A stretch of 63,865 nt of DNA from Octopus bimaculoides (Eukaryota). This document shows positions 61,891 through 63,865 of the stretch, piece by piece. Made by a program: the position numbers and the translations under genes. The stretch's first letter is position 1. Every line of letters begins with the position of its first letter. The stretch lies in assembly GCF_001194135.2 (NCBI RefSeq), contig NC_068995.1:16283338-16347202 (forward strand). Direction: 5' to 3'. Under the pieces are notes generated by a model. That model ran no database searches and was not told the DNA's origin. It saw only the letters and a program-made list of their open reading frames with translations.

Positions 61891-63035
61891 AATAAAAGAC
61901 TATATATATATATATATAAAGTATAAGGAAAGGAAAAAATATAAGCAAAGACGATCCTTTAATTCAAAATTGGTACAAATCCAATACAGATTCTACAAGT
62001 TGTTTCAAAGCCTAATTAATTCAAAATAAAATGAAAAATAATCCTTTTGAAATCACAAATTATGCTATTCTTCAGGAGTTCTGTATTGGAATGAATGGGT
62101 TCAACCAACAAAAACATAAAGACCTTTACGATAGCCCAGAATATCTATATAGGTTACACACTCAAACACACACGTATATACATATACAATATATATATAT
62201 ATATATATATATANNNNNNNNNNNNNNNNNNNNNNNNNNNNNNNNNNNNNNNNNNNNNNNNNNNNNNNNNNNNNNNNNNNNNNNNNNNNNNNNNNNNNNN
62301 NNNNNNNNNNNNNNNNNNNNNNNNNNNNNNNNNNNNNNNNNNNNNNNNNNNNNNNNNNNNNNNNNNNNNNNNNNNNNNNNNNNNNNNNNNNNNNNNNNNN
62401 NNNNNNNNNNNNNNNNNNNNNNNNNNNNNNNNNNNNNNNNNNNNNNNNNNNNNNNNNNNNNNNNNNNNNNNNNNNNNNNNNNNNNNNNNNNNNNNNNNNN
62501 NNNNNNNNNNNNNNNNNNNNNNNNNNNNNNNNNNNNNNNNNNNNNNNNNNNNNNNNNNNNNNNNNNNNNNNNNNNNNNNNNNNNNNNNNNNNNNNNNNNN
62601 NNNNNNNNNNNNNNNNNNNNNNNNNNNNNNNNNNNNNNNNNNNNNNNNNNNNNNNNNNNNNNNNNNNNNNNNNNNNNNNNNNNNNNNNNNNNNNNNNNNN
62701 NNNNNNNNNNNNNNNNNNNNNNNNNNNNNNNNNNNNNNNNNNNNNNNNNNNNNNNNNNNNNNNNNNNNNNNNNNNNNNNNNNNNNNNNNNNNNNNNNNNN
62801 NNNNNNNNNNNNNNNNNNNNNNNNNNNNNNNNNNNNNNNNNNNNNNNNNNNNNNNNNNNNNNNNNNNNNNNNNNNNNNNNNNNNNNNNNNNNNNNNNNNN
62901 NNNNNNNNNNNNNNNNNNNNNNNNNNNNNNNNNNNNNNNNNNNNNNNNNNNNNNNNNNNNNNNNNNNNNNNNNNNNNNNNNNNNNNNNNNNNNNNNNNNN
63001 NNNNNNNNNNNNNNNNNNNNNNNNNNNNNNNNNNN

Positions 63036-63073
<38 letters not shown>

Positions 63074-63589
63074 CATATATATGTATATATACACCAGTCC
63101 ATCAGCATTGGATGGCTGAATCAGAGTCACTGGACAAAAATACCTTGAAGTATTTATTCCATCTTCATTACATCCCTATGCTTCAAAGTGGTCTTAGTTA
63201 TTGAATATATAGATATTGACGAAAGAAGTTCTAGACAAAAGTACTGGGGTCGGTAATCAACTGAAACCTTAAAATGTTGGTGCCCCAGCATGGCCACGGT
63301 TGAATGAGGAAAACCAAGAAAATAATTAGTATATATGTACACAGTAAATTAAAATCTCTGATGACTGTCCTGACAGAATACTGCACAAATAACTGAGAAT
63401 ATCTAAGGAAGAATATAGCGAGCGGGGGGAAAAGATGGTGGAAGGGACAACGGTTGTAGATGTGAGAGGGTGTTGAGAGTGAGGTATGATAACAGAAAGG
63501 AAGTGATAGCTCATGACAGAAAAGTGTGAGTTAGTTTGGGAAGAGATAATATATATATGTACATACCTACATCTACATGTATATATAGA

Positions 63590-63790
63590 TGCATATCCGG
63601 GTACAGGACGTCAAAAAAGGAATGGGACCAAAGCACAAAAACGGACTTTTTTTACGGACAACAGAATGAACACATAAGGAAAACAGACGAGCCACTTATG
63701 GAACTTTTCCTTCATCAGCTGCCTCTATTCTAATCTAGGTGTTTCGAAGATGAGGCAGAACGCGCTCTTAGAATAGTTCTTCCCGCGAAT
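63590..63790. mobile_element. Interspersed repeat, possibly a Penelope-like tail
   Basis: Complex sequence between microsatellites with ctgatgaagg on the minus strand; family not established. Confidence 0.35.
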
Positions 63791-63865
63791 ATATATATAT
63801 ATATTTTATACACACACACACACACACACACACATAGACAGAAATTAGTCATTGCATTGATTGTC

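Noticed and set aside
62031-62160. Next COG1 exon after 61055
   Set aside because: The phase-compatible frame after ttcttcag stops within about 15 codons and shows no COG1 similarity. The next exon is likely in the 62214-63036 gap or beyond the window.
63700-63765. Hammerhead on the minus strand (CTGATGA plus GAAAC)
   Set aside because: GAAAC lies upstream of CTGATGA with no stem III or NUH between them. After CTGATGA-A-GGAA/TTCC the GAAAC is absent, so the topology does not fit.

Overview
AT-rich, repeat-dense animal genomic DNA with 19 N-gaps. The SINE and microsatellite landscape looks like an octopod (Octopus-like) draft assembly; this is inferred from repeat families, not proven. The only cellular gene I can support is the 5' part of COG1 (conserved oligomeric Golgi complex subunit 1) on the + strand. 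It has 10 phase-compatible GT-AG coding exons from 43037 to 61055 (733 nt), continues beyond the window, and lacks a conserved ~60-aa block between exons 6 and 7. Bases 1-43000 are non-genic. They hold decayed mariner/Tc1 transposases, a Gypsy/Ty3 relic (gag, RT, RNase H, integrase) split by SINEs, an RTE-type LINE with divergently oriented halves, three Penelope-like GIY-YIG fragments, many tRNA-derived SINEs and microsatellites. The most notable signals are: (1) a set of minimal Penelope-type hammerhead-ribozyme cores, one inside a TSD-flanked tRNA-headed SINE in a COG1 intron; (2) telomere-repeat-bearing MITE-like elements, including a perfect 40-bp telomeric palindrome; (3) CpG decay of SINE copies inside but not upstream of COG1; (4) inverted and direct repeats flanking COG1 exons. 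Nearly all supplied ORFs are artefacts of microsatellites or N-runs. Repeat family labels B-G are my own, and repeat boundaries are approximate.
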